Translations under genes and position numbers: made by a program
The notes under the pieces: generated by a model
What the model saw: only the letters and a program-made list of their open reading frames with translations
The model's database searches: none
Told to the model about the DNA's origin: nothing
Origin: Anthoceros angustus
Lineage: Eukaryota > Plantae > Anthocerotophyta
DNA length: 64,000 bases
Assembly: GCA_010909165.1 (NCBI GenBank)
Contig: VJWM01000019.1
Location: forward strand, 1,550,001 to 1,614,000
Reading direction: 5' to 3'
In this document: piece after piece, positions 11,414 through 23,535 of the stretch
Layout: each line of letters begins with the position of its first letter
Numbering within the stretch: position 1 is the first letter of the stretch

Positions 11414-14400
11414 TCACGCTTGTTTCCTCCTACACGGCAAGCTCCAAGGACACGGCAGAACAAATTTCCCGAGTCCTTGTTGGGTAGTGAAGAAAAGGTG
11501 TATTAGGCAACGGACTGTTGTGGACAGGATCTCCGTGGTTACAGGGCTAAGTATGGTGGAAGAGCTTGGATGGCCTGCAAGAAGCTCGTCCTTGAATCGG
11601 GTATAGAGTCCTTGAACGCGGAGAACTTGATTTGGGTCCTGCACCAACCGGTTACGGTCAGGAACAGGAAGATGATGGATTTTGGAGGACCAGATTCTGG
11701 ACCGGCTACCATACGTATGCATACCTTGGTGATGCCGAATGTCCTGATCCAGGCTTCGGACCTTGGGTGTGGGAATTCCCACACGTACTGGCGAGGTAGG
11801 ACTGAGAAAGTCATGCCAGTGCTGGCACAGTGGTAGGCATGTGAAATTTTGTTCAACCCATAGCCCCTGCGATGACAGACAGGTTTGTTGGGCCTCTCTC
11901 TCTCAGGCACTTTAAAGAAAGGCAAGTGAGTAATGGATATGGCAGTTTCCGTCCTCACCTGAAACGCTCATCGAAAAAGGGGACCGACTTCCTGGCACAA
12001 ATAACATACGGCTCGTAGTACTCCCTGCACAGAACAGTGTGGAACAAGGCAACGTGGAAGTGAGAAGGACGGCTCCGCGACGTGGACAGATTGGTGAATA
12101 TCGTCCTCCAGACATACCTGAACTGGACACGGTACGGTTTGCTGGAGGCGTGGTTGAAGAATCGTGAATAGTCGGTGGGCTGATGGCCCCTTGGAAAGTG
12201 GCCACAGTGGAAGCCCTGCACCAGGCCCTGGTACCACATTTCCCTGAGCTCTTCGAAGGTTCGGGGCATCTGGCAGGGGGAAAGAGATTGTTTCCAGGGT
12301 CGGTGGCTTGTTCTGGACTCGAACGCAGCCACCACAAACATTTTGTTGTTTTGTTTGGCGTCTCTCAGCATCTTGCTGTAACATGCCTTGGTGGTCAATC
12401 TGTCATGCAGCCTGTGTGTGCAGCAAACTTTGTTGGGTCAGCCAGGGACAGGGATAGGGACAAGAGGTGTGGAGAAGATGGAGAAGCAGTCTACCGACCC
12501 AGGACAGGGGACAAAGTCGGCATCGAGAAGGAACACCAGTTCTGTGGTTGCCATTCTGAGAGCGATGTTCCGCATCGAGTTCACCTGCAGCGAAGAAGCG
12601 AGAGAGTGCACTCGGTTAGCACATTTCACGGATGCTAGTAAGTATTCGATTGACAAGATAGGATGTTACCGGGTAGAGTGCAGCCATCGCAGCTGCATCG
12701 TCTGGAAGGCCCACTTCCATGGCGATGCACATGTGAAGTCTGCACAGCCCCGTTCTTTCCACTCGTGCATGCAGGTTACAGAGTGTACGGTACAGTTGCG
12801 GAAGCTCCCCTCGTGTCCGTACATGGACTGCTACACACAATGCACCTTGCCAGGAAGAAGCCATTGCTTCAATCGCTTGTAACCTGTCTGCAGAGGCCTG
12901 CAACCCACTAAATCGGACGAGGCCCATTTGTCAGCCACCACCAGCTACACCACTGCTCGACTAGATGTCAGAGGAGGATACCTGTGTGACGATCGTGATC
13001 TCCCTTCTATGGTGCGGCAGTTGACTGCAAAGAGGGGCTGCACCATCTAATGCTGTCAAGACTCTCAACTTTGCAGGTTGATGTTCAAACAGGTGTTGGT
13101 AATATCCAGTCTGTAATCCACACGTCATCAAGCCAAGCAAATTCCGTCACCAAACTCTTCATCCAGAGGAGCATAACAAGTGAGCGACATTCAACACAGC
13201 ACCCAACCTGAAGCTTGATACACAGAGATGACACAGCTCTGCCCATCCGAGTCAGGCTAGATTTGCACTTGAAGCCAGTTCGCCTGCCCTTCCATCCAGC
13301 CGACTTCCATACCCTGCTCACCCTGAAGGACCTGTTTCCCTCACTGCGGCACCTTGAGGGCACTACTCTGAGGACCCATAGCAGCAGGGAAGCCAACATT
13401 CCAAGCAAAGCACTGAAAACAGTCCAAGGCAACCCTCCTGCAAATCCACTCGCCACCCTCTTCTCCCTCCTCCTCCTCTTTTGCGGACCGTAGCCAGTGC
13501 CATCCCACCCGCCTGGACCCAAACACCGTTCCCTTCCACACACACCACTTCCAACACCTCCAGCCCCACCAGCACCCCCTCCACCTCTTCCTCCTCCCGG
13601 AAGGTCACGAGGTCCTGCTCCAGCATACGCCAGGATGGTCTCCAACCCAGTAATTTCCAAACCATCACCCCCATCCCCACCATCACCGTTACGGTCACTA
13701 CCACTGCCATGCCCATCATCGTCGCTGCCACCACCACCCCCAGAGCTACTACTCCCCTCATTAGAATCACTTCCCCCAACACTTTGACCCAGTAACTCCC
13801 CCAACTCCTGGGCAACTTCATCAGCAAGCAGCGGCCCCGTCAACCCCCAAATCGGGCCATCCCCAGACCTTTCATCACCACTCCCACTCCCACTACTACC
13901 ACTACTCCCACCTCCACCTTTCCCCTTAAAATTAAACTTCGTCTTCTTCTTCTTCTTTTTCTTCTTCTTCTCCTCCTCCCTCCCCCACTCACCCTCACCA
14001 GTCCCCCGGAGGGGATTAAGCAGCAGGAAGTTCGTCCTGGACACTGCAGCAGGCACCTGCGGCCGGCTGCCCCCATACCCATGACCCAACTTCCACCACA
14101 AACTCGGCTGCCTCCCAGCGACTGGAGCAGGCGGGCAGGGCCTCCAAGACGGCTCTCCTGCACCCGACGCCTCCCCCTGCTGGTGCACAGTCACAGGCAC
14201 CTGTACCGGCACATCAGTCCAAGGAGGCGGGTACCCCACAGGCACTGCCTCCGCGGGGCCGGCAGACGCTGCAATGAGGACCCTGGGATCCGTGTCCAGC
14301 AGCAGATGCGCGTCATAGTTCACAAAGTACAATCGCCCAGAAGTGGGATCCTCGATCTGCTGCCACCCGGGAGGCAGCGGCCAGTCCAGAGGGCTCCCGG

Positions 14401-15076
14401 ACGGCGCCTGGGCCGCCTCCTCGCCCGGCTGGGAAGAGGGATCCGGGAGTCCCCAGCCCCGCCCCCGGGGATCCTCCCACTGGGAAAGTCGGAGGCCCGC
14501 ATTGTAGAAGAAGGGGAAGCCGGAGGCGGGGTCGATCTGGAAGGCCCAGCCCGGGGGCAGGGGCGGGGGCGGCCCCTGCCTCACGGGAGCCCAGGGCGAG
14601 CCCGACCCGGACTGCGGAGAGGCGGGAGCAGGGCCGCGGCCGAGGGCGCGTCCGCCGGGTTCTCCCACAGCCGCACCGAGGGCGACGAGAGCGGGCCGGA
14701 GTTGGGGATCCTGGCGTCGCCCCAGTCCCGGAGGCTCGGGAACGAGGTGGTGTTCTGGAGGACGGCGGGGGCGGGGCCGGGGCGAGGCGGGGCCGTCGGA
14801 CGAGGCCGGGGAGGAGGAAGCAGACGCGGCCGACGCTGCCTGGGCCTGGGCAGCCGGGGCGGAGGGGAAGAGGACGGGGACCGGGAGCTCGGATGGAACT
14901 GGCGGGAATTGCAAGGAAGCTGTGTGCGAGTGGCCGGGCCGGAGCGAGAGGCGGAGGCTGGCCTGGCTGGGCTCTCCGCCGGGCTGGAGCTGGGACTGAG
15001 GATCGGGGCGGGACTGGGGCATTGGGGACGCTGCTGCTGGTTTGATGGGCGGGAGCGGGAGCGGGAGCGCGGTCAC
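11414..15076 (-). CDS. Multi-exon WW-domain / transmembrane / glycosyltransferase family 49 (LARGE/B4GAT1-like) protein; start and 3' end approximate
   Basis: Two WW domains (LPPGWAFQIDPASGFPFFYN...SQWEDPR; LPPGWQQIEDPTSGRLYFVN...TDPR) and a hydrophobic segment (LPWTVFSALLGMLASLLLWVL). Introns 13207-13111 and 12981-12898 lead in frame to GT49 motifs ITIVTQ.S.DRL, LYP-VNSMRNIA, VFLLDADF, YEPY, FDERFR-GYGLNKISH. Confidence 0.8.
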
Positions 15077-17031
15077 CTGGCTCCTGCACCACGTCGTAGC
15101 GCACCTCGCCTTTGCTACTCCCGCTGCCTCCTCCCTTCCCCATCTCGCTTCAGATTGTCACCCTCCGGCTGCTGCAGAGGCTGATCCTGCGCTACCGCCC
15201 AACAGCAGCAATCGACAAAACTCCAGCGCCCACAGGCAGCACTCGACAATACTCCAGCGCCCACAGACAGAAATCGACAATGCGGCGCACATCTAGTATC
15301 CACTCCACCAGAAGAGAGGCTGATCACGACCCGCCCGCCAAGTCGCCATCGCCTCCTTCCTTCACCTCGACCCGCAAGGACGCGTCCAACAATAGACCTG
15401 CAGCGCGCTGCGAACGTCCCTTGAATTGGGCGTTACCGGGATTGTCGGGCGCACACGATTGGCTTTCTGGTCATAGTCCATCTCGGGTTTCATATCGCTG
15501 GAAAAAAATAACATCGGGTCTGCGATTTAAACCCCCTTGCTCAGTACCGTACTTCATGAAACGGATTGATCTTTGATTTCCTTATGACATGAAGAACGTG
15601 AACACGTAAACACGAATTTCGAATACGTACTTCCCCTCCCCCTCTTTCTTCTCTCTTCCGGAAACCAACCCACCCGCTCCCCGTTTCCGAAGGGAGGCCT
15701 CCTTCCCTTCCCTCTGTCCGTGGGAGGCACTCGAGCATTGCTAGGACATAGTAGATACTGCGAATATAGATCATACCAAAATACTGGAAGAATGTTCACC
15801 AAGTGACATCAACACCAGAGCCACGAGAGAGAGGTCACCATGACTCGCTCAGCAAGGCGGGAGCCTCGTGAGAGGGGAGTTCACAGTGACTACATACATA
15901 ATCTCTCTCACACACAAGTACCATATCAGACACAGCTTCAAAAACGACATGCAGCAAAACAGACAGGAAGCTTGGATACTAGCACCTAAGCTAGGACAAA
16001 CCATACTAATCTAGCTGTAGCTCCTAGCTATACTAGTACAGAAGCAACGCTGTCAGATTATTGGATCAACCAGGTAGATCCGTCGAAGAAGCAGACCGGC
16101 GGGAGAGGGCAAGGGCATAACTGTCTGCTACTCTTAAAGACAACCGGATCGCTATCCCTGCTGGCACATGATCTGGAGGCTATTGCCGAGAGCCACGATG
16201 ATTTACGCTTCCTTCCTCTCCGCCCGGAGCAAACTGGTCCAGTGCTACTTGGAGGTATCTCATGAGTCCAAGTGGCATACTCAGGTCGGGCACTCCGATA
16301 CAAAATGTTGATACCCGTCGTCCATCCTATTACGCACACAGGGCTACCCCAGTCTTGCACTCAACTTCACAGATGCGCGTCGAAAGTCTTCTTTTGATGT
16401 CAACTTCACCCTCTAACAGTCGGCGCCCTTGAACAAAGCTACTGCAACTCATTAGTGTCCACCTGTGGCGACCACCAAGTCCAGTCCCTCTGTGCATCTA
16501 GCACCTCCTCCCAGGGATCAAACCACATGACATTGGGGCCCCCTGTTACATCGGCGCCTGTAAAACCGCGATTCCACTGAATGCTCCATACTCATATCCG
16601 TCACCATAAGCCCCACTTGTGCTTGAATGCTACCATCTCCACACAACATATTGCTTGGGAGAAGCAGTTGTCGCCCGATAGGATCGGCAGTATAATGGAC
16701 AGACAGCCCGAGGATTTGTGATGTGCGTCTAGACATTCAGAGGCCAATGGTGCCTTAACTCGTCAGTCAGCCACAAGTTATAGTGCTGTAGCAGTTATTT
16801 CATTGAAGCTCTTGCAAGTAGCTTGAGACCCTTGTCATGGGATACTACACATAGTGTGCACCCGAGAAGGTCCACAAGAGGGTATTGTTCACCTATCACA
16901 AAACAAAAGTTAAAAAGTTACACCTCAGAGCTCATGCCCATCCAGTCAGCATTCAAAGGTCAAAGGGCTTTTGACATGCACAGCTTCTACAGAGGCACAG
17001 GAGTAACATACCAAGTGAGACGTGCACTTCC

Positions 17032-20000
17032 TTACGAGACAAATGGATCTCCAGAGTGGTACTGCGCATACCACATTTGCTGCTTCTGATGTTCCAACTG
17101 TTGCTGCTGCTGCTGCTGCTGGACTAGAAGCTGATGCTGGTGCTGTTGTTGTGCTGCCTCATAGTGAACTTGCTGTTGATAATGCTGCTCAGCTGAGTAA
17201 GTCTTCTGGCTGTCATAGAGATGCTGCCTTTGCAACAACTGCTGCTGCTGCTGCAGGCTCTTCCCCTCATACGTTCCTGGGGCAGATTCATATGGATACA
17301 CTGGTTGCCGGCGCTGAGCAGTGACTGTTCCGGAGAGCGGGTATGATGCTGCTGCCTCGGCTCTTGATGCACTATCACTGGGCCATATCCCGTAGTCAGA
17401 GCTGTACAGAGAGGTCTGACGCTGGAAAGCATGACTTGGCACAGTTGGCCTGATACCACTAAAGTCATCCAACCAGCGATAATCATCCACTTGCTGCTGC
17501 TCTTCCCCTTCATTGACAGGCACAGGAGCTCGTGGCTTGGTCAAGGCCTGCTGGGTCTCCAGTGCATTGCTGTTCAGAGGCTTTGTTGGACGAGGACCAA
17601 AACCTGGGGGTGGTCTGATACCAGACGGTCCCACCCAGCTTGCACTTGGAGTCTCCTTGCTGTTGGTCCACGTGGTGCTGCTGGTGCTGCTGCTCCTGAC
17701 GCTGGCAGGGAGCAATCCTGCTGGGCTAGCATTTGCAAAGTTTGTTGCTTCTGAGAAGTTACTTTTCCTAACCTCAGACTCCAGGTACTGTTGGGCAGAT
17801 GGTTTACTTGAGACTGGGAAACCGTGAGAACCGTATGTGGGCATAATTCCCCCGTTCTGAAAGCTCTTCACTGTGTCTGACTTAGCCCCTGCCTGTGCAG
17901 TAGAATACGGGCCACTAGAGAACGGAAGAGAAATAGATGGTACCCCACTTGAGCCTACAGCAGAAGAATGCACAGGCACGTCTGTGGTCAACGAGTGGAT
18001 CCCAGAAATGCCATTCTCTATACCATACTTGACATTCTTAGACCGGTAGCCACTAGCAAGAGCTTCCAGTTCTTGACTCCATGAAGAAGGTACGGAACCC
18101 AACTTGTGCTGCCCAATTACTCCAGCTCCTGACAACTTATCGGCACTGACACCATCCAACATACTCCGAGGTGTCTGCATGTTCCAACTAGCAAACGAAG
18201 GGTACCCATCCCTACTTATAAGCCAATCTGCACCACCACCAACTGTAGGGGCAAAAGGTGCACTAGTCATAGTCGCATTCATTTCCTGACTGGGCAAGTT
18301 TATTGCAGAGCTCAGGCTCCCTATAGTGACCGGGAGAATAGAGCTGGTCATTGCTGCACTTGCTGTTGAAATGCCATTGAGCTGATTATTCTGATGTGCA
18401 TGCCTTGTGGTTGATATCACATCATTCATTGTGGCCTCTGAGACTGGCACAGGAGTATCACCAGCATGAAGCACAGGGGCCTGAACCGAAGCCAAAACTG
18501 TTGCTGCTGTAACTTGGTCTTCAAGTGCCAGGTTTGATCCATGAGCATTTCCTGAGCCTGCACTGCTTTGTGCCACGAAGACATCGTTTGCTCCCAATTT
18601 CGGATTGTCAACCCAAGAATCCATCGCAACAGAAGAAACCAACTGTCTGCTCATGGGTTTGAACACGATGACCTCATCTTCTTCACCATCCATTCCGCCT
18701 GCCACACCTTCAAGCACACTAGGCTTGTGACCCTCAGCTGGCAAACCTTTTGTCCATGCTTCTGTCACCTTCACTGCCTTTAAAGCCTGAGACAGACCAT
18801 TCATCTCATTCTGCACAGGGAATGGCACTCCATTGGCATCAATGTCAGGAGACTCCGTAGCTTCTTTCACTGTCTTTACTGGTAACTCTCCTGCCATAAA
18901 AAATCTCCCGATATCTTCGTCAAAGCAGATGCCTTTGCCACTGCCATCCAATAATGCTGCCACTGCTTTCCCAGCTGCCAGAATCCTCCGAGTCCGGATC
19001 TGTCTCTCCTTCCTATCACCAAGTCCAGCCCGAGGAGGACGCTTGCGATAATCAAGCGCAAGCTGCGCAGGGGCCAGTGGAGTGAAACCTCTCAGCTCAA
19101 AGTCTTCCCACAGGGCAACTCCAACCTCACTCTCATCATCGCCAGAACCACCAATGGAGATTAGTCCGCCTTCTAGGCAGCCGTCTGCATCAATTCCAGA
19201 CTTGCTGCTGGCACACAGATTATTCAAAAGAGAAACACACTGCCTCCAGAAGAACGACCTTGCATTGGCCTGCTTCTCATCGACATCACTGCCCTCAGCC
19301 ATCTCTGGTCTACAGGCTAGCCATTCCATGAAAACCAGCATAGCAGGAAGTAACGGACTCTCAGAAGGATCTTTGGAGTCCCCACATCTTCGCATCAGAC
19401 GGCCAGCACACTCAAATGCTGCGGTAAAAGCATGCTTATAGAGAGCAGAACGCTGCAGGATTTCTGCATAGGTGGGATGATGGTTCTCAGGTCCCCAGTT
19501 TACATTGTGCACTGTGAAAATCAGAATCGCTGTAAGCTGCAAGACACCAGCAGCACCTGCACTTCCAGTACCAATACCACTGCGGTGGTCGGACCCAAGT
19601 CCAGCCTCTAGACCTGTGTCATCAGGGCACAGGAGCTGCTCCATATCCCGTACCGTGGCAGCATACACTTCAGAGAACGTCTCGAGACTGCATATGCAAA
19701 ATCTCAGAGTCAGACACCATAAAAAAGAGCAATTGGCTGTTCAGAAGGTTGTGTTTCAAGATTGACATACGCATACCTAGTCTTTGTGAAAAGAATTCCG
19801 TGCAAGCGTACAAAACGAACTCTGAAGCTTTTTCTGATCTCGGCAATGTTTGCCAGTGAGGCATTCATGTCTGCACCATCCTGTTTGCGATCCTTCACAG
19901 CAAGCTTCAGTGGTCCATCCCCCAAAGAGAGCATCCTGTCCCCTTTCAGTTCTTTCCCCTTGTCAGAAGACTTGGGGGCATCCAGCGACACTAAGGACAT

Positions 20001-20995
20001 TCTAGAATCCTGGGGGGGAAGCTGTGAATATGTCTGACGGTTCTGCAAAATTAAAGAAATCAAATCAAAAGTTAGGCACAATATCCCACTTACCATGGAA
20101 TTAATACTTCCAAGACGAAGAGCTACCCGTATGCCTACCTTTTCGAACAGGAGAATAAGATTATCTCTTGCAGTAAGAAAAGGAATTTCAACCAGAAGAC
20201 TCCGGAAGTAGCGGTAGACTGCAAGCAGCTCATCCCCAACATAAGTGGCCAGGACTGCCAACTGCGGATACACAACACGGTCAGGGCGTGGATGAACTGA
20301 GCCTAAACTACAAACCTAACAACAAAACAGTTAGACAAGGTGCCAGAACAAACAATCATGGGTATTACCTGATTGTGGGGATTACCACTACCGGGCGACA
20401 AGGCAGCAGCCTCAAGGTAGTAGCCAGCGGCAACTGACCAGTCTTTCAACCGTTGCTCCTGCTCAGTATTCTGCTCTTTGTAGCGCGCAAGGTCTCCAAG
20501 AAAGATGAGGCAGCGATGCCACGATTGCTTAACCCTATGCACCTCTGCCATGCGCTCCTCCGAGTCAGGAACACCAGGTTCCCTAGAAAAAGAGGGGTAA
20601 TCTTGAGACATGCCATGCTTGGCCAATAGCTTCTTGATGAGTTCATGGTAGAACCCTGTAGCTTCAGCAAGAAAACTCTTGTAGACGGCGAGAACTTTCA
20701 AAGTAACATCCCTGCGCGGAGTCACTCTAGCTCCGGGCATGGGTATGGCAGGGGCCGTGGCAGCTGCAGCTGCAGCCTGTACGCCTTTCCGCAGCCGGGC
20801 CCGAAACTCCTCAATACGCTTGTAGTGCAAGCGCCACAGCGCAGGCTCCACCTCATGTGCCTCCGCAAAAGCATGATCTTCGAGCAGCACAAACTCATAA
20901 GCCTCTCGGATTGCATTCCGCAACCCCCGGACATTAGGATCCGCGGATCCCTTGGATTGAATCAGCGCCCGAAGCTGCTTTTCTAGCTCCAAAGC
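17032..20995 (-). CDS. SMG7: SMG7 (EST1/TPR-like) nonsense-mediated decay factor, at least 4 exons; first exon uncertain (candidate MYDKSK at 21575-21558)
   Basis: Motifs EPALWRLHYKRIEEFR, FLAEATGFYHEL, CLIFLGDLARYK, PGSGNPHNQ-LAVLA, YRYFRSL, ARDNLILLFEK, RFVRLHGILFT, LWEDFELRGFTPL, EEDEVIVFKP, DDYRWLD; canonical short introns; Q-rich C-terminus. Confidence 0.93.
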
Positions 20996-21963
20996 CTGTC
21001 ATGCACAACATCACACTCCCCAGTCAAGAAAAAGTCAAGTAAACCCCGCAGCGCCGGCAGATTCCGCTGCCATAGCCACAAGGGCGTGACTTGTGCGATT
21101 CCGCCACACGTCCCCGCCTCGCTGATCCGCCACGGAAAGCCAGTCGCCAGAAATGCAGCACGGCACACGGCTGTGCAGCAGCATGCAGGCAGCCGCAGAG
21201 ATTCGATTGACCGTGGAAGAAAAAAAGCCAACAGCGAGAGGCGGGATGATCCCCGGGCCACCTGCAAGGCACACCACCAGAGTCTCCACCTGTGCCCGGG
21301 AATCGGAGCAACCGACAAGGTGGACATGATGGACGTGGAGTCCATGCCAGGAGTCGCAGACAAACCTGCGCGTGACGCTGCTGAGCCCTCGTGTGAGCGG
21401 AAGAGGATGTTGAGGAGTCAGTCTGGAGCCTCATCCTCTCCTCGGCGCCGCTCTCCTTTCTCCGTCCTCCTCCGTCCCCCTCCATTCCTTCATCTCTCAC
21501 CTTCTCAAACCTTCTCCTCGTCCAGCCACGCGACCTAATACTCTGTGCCCACAACACCTTGCTCTTATCATACATATCAGCCACTGAAAATGGAAAGGCA
21601 CTCCGTTCATTCAATAGGTACCTACCATAATTTTGTTCACGCTAACTAACATATTAAGCGTCGTCCAGCGAACTACTAAGCGTAGTCCAGGTAACTATTA
21701 AGCGTAGTGCGTAATCCAGTGACCACAGCCACCCCCTTTAAATGGGCAGAACGAAACTTTTTCGATAAATTTGAATTATGTTTTTTTCCTTGCATAGAAC
21801 ATAGTTATTGGGTACATCAAATTGCAGAGCACGCGGATATTTAACCTAGTTTTGGTTTGTATACTAAACCTAATTTTAAATGTTTCACACGAGGGTATGA
21901 GCAAAGAGACGGAAGCGCGTTTGAGTTGTCATAAGTTTTTACTATTGTCAAGGGGGGCAATGT

Positions 21964-22640
21964 AGACTTTATTAAAAAGAAGAGATGGGAAAACCCATCT
22001 ATCCCGAACCGAGGGGGGACAACCCATTAAAGGGCCAAGAGCCAAGGGGGGCTAGCCCCCACGAATGCAAACCTCGAAGCTACCTACCACCCCAATTATG
22101 TTGTGGTCCGAGATAAGGAAAGGCCTACCTACAAGTGCCAATGACGCCACGTCTCCTGCGCTCGTTGTCGTCCTGTAAATAGCATTGGTCAGCGCCCTCT
22201 GCAAGGCGATGGATATCCGTTGTCGAAAGAAACCAACCACCGAGGAAAGAGGGATACCCACCCCGTTTTGACGACTGTGGTAGGCTTTTACACAATCCTT
22301 AATGAGCTAGGAAAAATCCTCACCCATAGCCCCGTGAGTCTCAATGGCGAGGGGGATGAAGGCGTGGCCGTCCTACAAAGGTGTGTACTTGTGTACCTTG
22401 GCAGTCACGCATCACTCCGCCACCCAGCCCGTAGGGTTGATAATGACATACTCACAAATGGAGTTCCCAGTAGGGTCCGTTATGACGATATCTGCAACAG
22501 AGATTTGGGAGGTCGAAAGTCATGGCACAGTCCATGCTAGATGGATGTACCCTATGGAAAGGCACATGCATGTCTTTGAAGCGAGTCCTTCGACAAAGCT
22601 AGGCTCAAGGCTCATGTCAACGAGTTATCTCGCGTAAACT
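21964..22640 (-). mobile_element. 3' fragment of a non-LTR retrotransposon with restriction-like endonuclease (CRE-like), degenerate
   Basis: Minus-strand translation: ADIVITDPT...AKVHKY...FIPLAIETHGAMG...FFRQRISIALQRA, typical of the RLE domain and C-terminus of CRE-type elements; followed by a 3' UTR. Confidence 0.7.
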
Positions 22641-22769
22641 ATGTACATCAGCAGTACCTTAAGGCTAGAGCTCCAGAGCATGCCTAGTTTTTTAATTTTG
22701 GAGACTACGACCGAAAGTCTGAGGAGCCAATCGGTAAAGAACGTCTTGATCGGGTTTGAGGCTTGTGCC

Positions 22770-23530
22770 TCTGGAGTTGCAAGAAACAACCCTCTCTAAC
22801 GGAGGCAGAGTATAAATCTCTCACTGAAAGCCACCAAGTAGCTTGAATGGGAGAGGAGGTTCTTGCAGGACTTGGGGCAGACACACCAGGATCCTACCCC
22901 CATATTTTGCGATAACATGTCAGCCCTTGCCTTGGTTGCTAACCCTCGCTTCCACGCGCGCACCAAGCATATAGAGATATCCCATCACTACATAAGGGAT
23001 GCTGTGGATAGAGGGGTAACAAAGGTTAGCTTTGTTGGAACAGATGATAATGTGGCCGACATTCTAACCAAAGCACTTTCAAAGCCAAAACACTATAAGC
23101 ATATGGATGGCTTAGGGTTGGGTGATTACTCAGCATATGTGAATGGCACATAATACTTGGGAGAACAGATAACTCAGTGGATGAAGCTACATGCAGACAA
23201 CTAGTCGTGAGTTATTTATCTTCAAGTTGTTTGTTCATGAGTTTTTCTTCAAATCCAGAGCTGCTGCAACTACGTCGCTGGCACATGTGTTTTCTACCAC
23301 AGAGTGGGGGACGCTCCATGCATGGAGAATCATTGGCCGCTGGTGGACTATTTACTTTGTTTTGTTTTGTGGAGACTGCTTTGGACAAACTGTTACCTAA
23401 GCGTGAAGCTTGAGAGGGAGTGTTAAGATAACAAGCTCTGTCACACTTAGGGTTGTATATATTTAATTTAGATTAAATATGTTTAGTTGAAGTGAAATAA
23501 CATGACTCTAGGTCATGAGCATTTAAAACA
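22770..23530 (+). mobile_element. Ty1/copia 3' fragment: RNase H, PPT and short 3' LTR
   Basis: IFCDNMSALALVANPRFHARTKHIEISHHYIRD...VADILTKAL (22863-23153). PPT tgagagggag at 23411-23420, followed by tgttaa...aaaaca (23421-23530). Confidence 0.85.
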
Positions 23531-23535
23531 CATTT

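Noticed and set aside
14081-15184. 367-aa plus-strand ORF
   Set aside because: Antisense shadow of the GC-rich WW exon.
17096-17255. (CTG)n/(CAG)n tracts
   Set aside because: Ordinary polyQ coding sequence in the SMG7 C-terminus.
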